Shown here: positions 61,701 to 64,000 of the stretch, one piece after another
Numbering within the stretch: position 1 is the stretch's first letter
Layout: each line of letters starts with the position of its first letter
Made by a program: the position numbers and the translations under genes
Origin: Lingula anatina
Lineage: Eukaryota > Animalia > Brachiopoda
DNA length: 64,000 bases
Direction of reading: 5' to 3'
Assembly (NCBI GenBank): GCA_051362555.1
Contig: JBPQGU010000013.1
Span: forward strand, 186,001 to 250,000
Notes under the pieces: generated by a model
Told to the model about the DNA's origin: nothing
Database searches by the model: none
The model's input: the letters and a program-made list of their open reading frames with translations, nothing else

Positions 61701-64000
61701 CAAAAACTCTCTCCACCCCCCCTCTCTCCAAATCCTGTTCTCAGGTGTGCTTTCTGGCAATCTTTAAAGCTGAAATTGGGGGCTTTAATGAAGTGACCCG
61801 GGCGCGTTTCCACATTTTTTATGAATGTCAGGTGTGGTAAATTAATTTTCATCACTTTTTGGAAAAATTGGTGACGGGTCATTTTTGGGTGATTTTGAGA
61901 GATTTTCGTAAGGTCCGGATATGGCAGTTTTCTTCAATTTTGGCCAGGTAGGGATGAAAAATTTTTTTCTTCAATATTGTGTCAGGTAGGTGTGTTTGGT
62001 CATTTGTAGTGAGGGTAAAGTGCTGGAAGAGTGATTGTGTCATTATTTAGGAAGAAATAGAGCAAAAACTCTCTCCACCCCCCCTCTCTCCAAATCCTGT
62101 TCTCAGGTGTGCTTTCTGGCAATCTTTAAAGCTGAAATTGGGGGCTTTAATGAAGTGACCCGGGCGCGTTTCCACATTTTTTATGAATGTCAGGTGTGGT
62201 AAATTAATTTTCATCACTTTTTGGAAAAATTGGTGACGGGTCATTTTTGGGTGATTTTGAGAGATTTTCGTAAGGTCCGGATATGGCAGTTTTCTTCAAT
62301 TTTGGCCAGGTAGGGATGAAAAATTTTTTTCTTCAATATTGTGTCAGGTAGGTGTGTTTGGTCATTTGTAGTGAGGGTAAAGTGCTGGAAGAGTGATTGT
62401 GTCATTATTTAGGAAGAAATAGAGCAAAAACTCTCTCCACCCCCCCTCTCTCCAAATCCTGTTCTCAGGTGTGCTTTCTGGCAATCTTTAAAGCTGAAAT
62501 TGGGGGCTTTAATGAAGTGACCCGGGCGCGTTTCCACATTTTTTATGAATGTCAGGTGTGGTAAATTAATTTTCATCACTTTTTGGAAAAATTGGTGACG
62601 GGTCATTTTTGGGTGATTTTGAGAGATTTTCGTAAGGTCCGGATATGGCAGTTTTCTTCAATTTTGGCCAGGTAGGGATGAAAAATTTTTTTCTTCAATA
62701 TTGTGTCAGGTAGGTGTGTTTGGTCATTTGTAGTGAGGGTAAAGTGCTGGAAGAGTGATTGTGTCATTATTTAGGAAGAAATAGAGCAAAAACTCTCTCC
62801 ACCCCCCCTCTCTCCAAATCCTGTTCTCAGGTGTGCTTTCTGGCAATCTTTAAAGCTGAAATTGGGGGCTTTAATGAAGTGACCCGGGCGCGTTTCCACA
62901 TTTTTTATGAATGTCAGGTGTGGTAAATTAATTTTCATCACTTTTTGGAAAAATTGGTGACGGGTCATTTTTGGGTGATTTTGAGAGATTTTCGTAAGGT
63001 CCGGATATGGCAGTTTTCTTCAATTTTGGCCAGGTAGGGATGAAAAATTTTTTTCTTCAATATTGTGTCAGGTAGGTGTGTTTGGTCATTTGTAGTGAGG
63101 GTAAAGTGCTGGAAGAGTGATTGTGTCATTATTTAGGAAGAAATAGAGCAAAAACTCTCTCCACCCCCCCTCTCTCCAAATCCTGTTCTCAGGTGTGCTT
63201 TCTGGCAATCTTTAAAGCTGAAATTGGGGGCTTTAATGAAGTGACCCGGGCGCGTTTCCACATTTTTTATGAATGTCAGGTGTGGTAAATTAATTTTCAT
63301 CACTTTTTGGAAAAATTGGTGACGGGTCATTTTTGGGTGATTTTGAGAGATTTTCGTAAGGTCCGGATATGGCAGTTTTCTTCAATTTTGGCCAGGTAGG
63401 GATGAAAAATTTTTTTCTTCAATATTGTGTCAGGTAGGTGTGTTTGGTCATTTGTAGTGAGGGTAAAGTGCTGGAAGAGTGATTGTGTCATTATTTAGGA
63501 AGAAATAGAGCAAAAACTCTCTCCACCCCCCCTCTCTCCAAATCCTGTTCTCAGGTGTGCTTTCTGGCAATCTTTAAAGCTGAAATTGGAGGCTTTAATG
63601 AAGTGACCCGGGCGCGTTTCCACATTTTTTATGAATGTCAGGTGTGGTAAATTAATTTTCATCACTTTTTGGAAAAATTGGTGACGGGTCATTTTTGGGT
63701 GATTTTGAGAGATTTTCGTAAGGTCCGGATATGGCAGTTTTCTTCAATTTTGGCCAGGTAGGGATGAAAAATTTTTTTCTTCAATATTGTGTCAGGTAGG
63801 TGTGTTTGGTCATTTGTAGTGAGGGTAAAGTGCTGGAAGAGTGATTGTGTCATTATTTAGGAAGAAATAGAGCAAAAACTCTCTCCACCCCCCCTCTCTC
63901 CAAATCCTGTTCTCAGGTGTGCTTTCTGGCAATCTTTAAAGCTGAAATTGGGGGCTTTAATGAAGTGACCCGGGCGCGTTTCCACATTTTTTATGAATGT
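37773..64000. repeat. 362-bp tandem satellite DNA, about 72 copies, running off the window end
   Basis: Unit GTGCTGGAAGAGTGATTGTG...GTAGTGAGGGTAAA repeats every 362 bp (ORF track offsets of 362); most copies look identical. Confidence 0.97.

Noticed and set aside
39605-63692. 65-83 aa ORFs repeated every 362 bp
   Set aside because: Chance frames in satellite DNA, broken freely by indels, with no motifs.

Overview
Eukaryotic (probably invertebrate) repeat-dominated window with three parts. (1) 1-1687: AT-rich unique DNA with simple repeats, a possible decayed TTAA-type inverted-repeat element and a 17-bp minisatellite. (2) 1688-37772: a ~36-kb head-to-tail array of about 10 nearly identical copies of a composite DNA transposon. 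Each unit has a ~640-aa DDD/E transposase on +, a convergent His-Me finger (I-PpoI-like) endonuclease gene on - carrying two in-frame stops, and a 458-bp module with its own terminal inverted repeats. This matches the described KolobokP architecture (DDE + His-Me finger + long terminal direct repeats, LTDRs). The 458-bp module occurs in three junction states: with a TGAGA spacer, with a perfect TTCA duplication, or precisely absent. Both array ends are truncated inside the element. (3) 37773-64000: about 72 copies of a very homogeneous 362-bp satellite. No host gene, RNA gene or CRISPR array is supported. Family assignments come from motif recognition, not from a database search.
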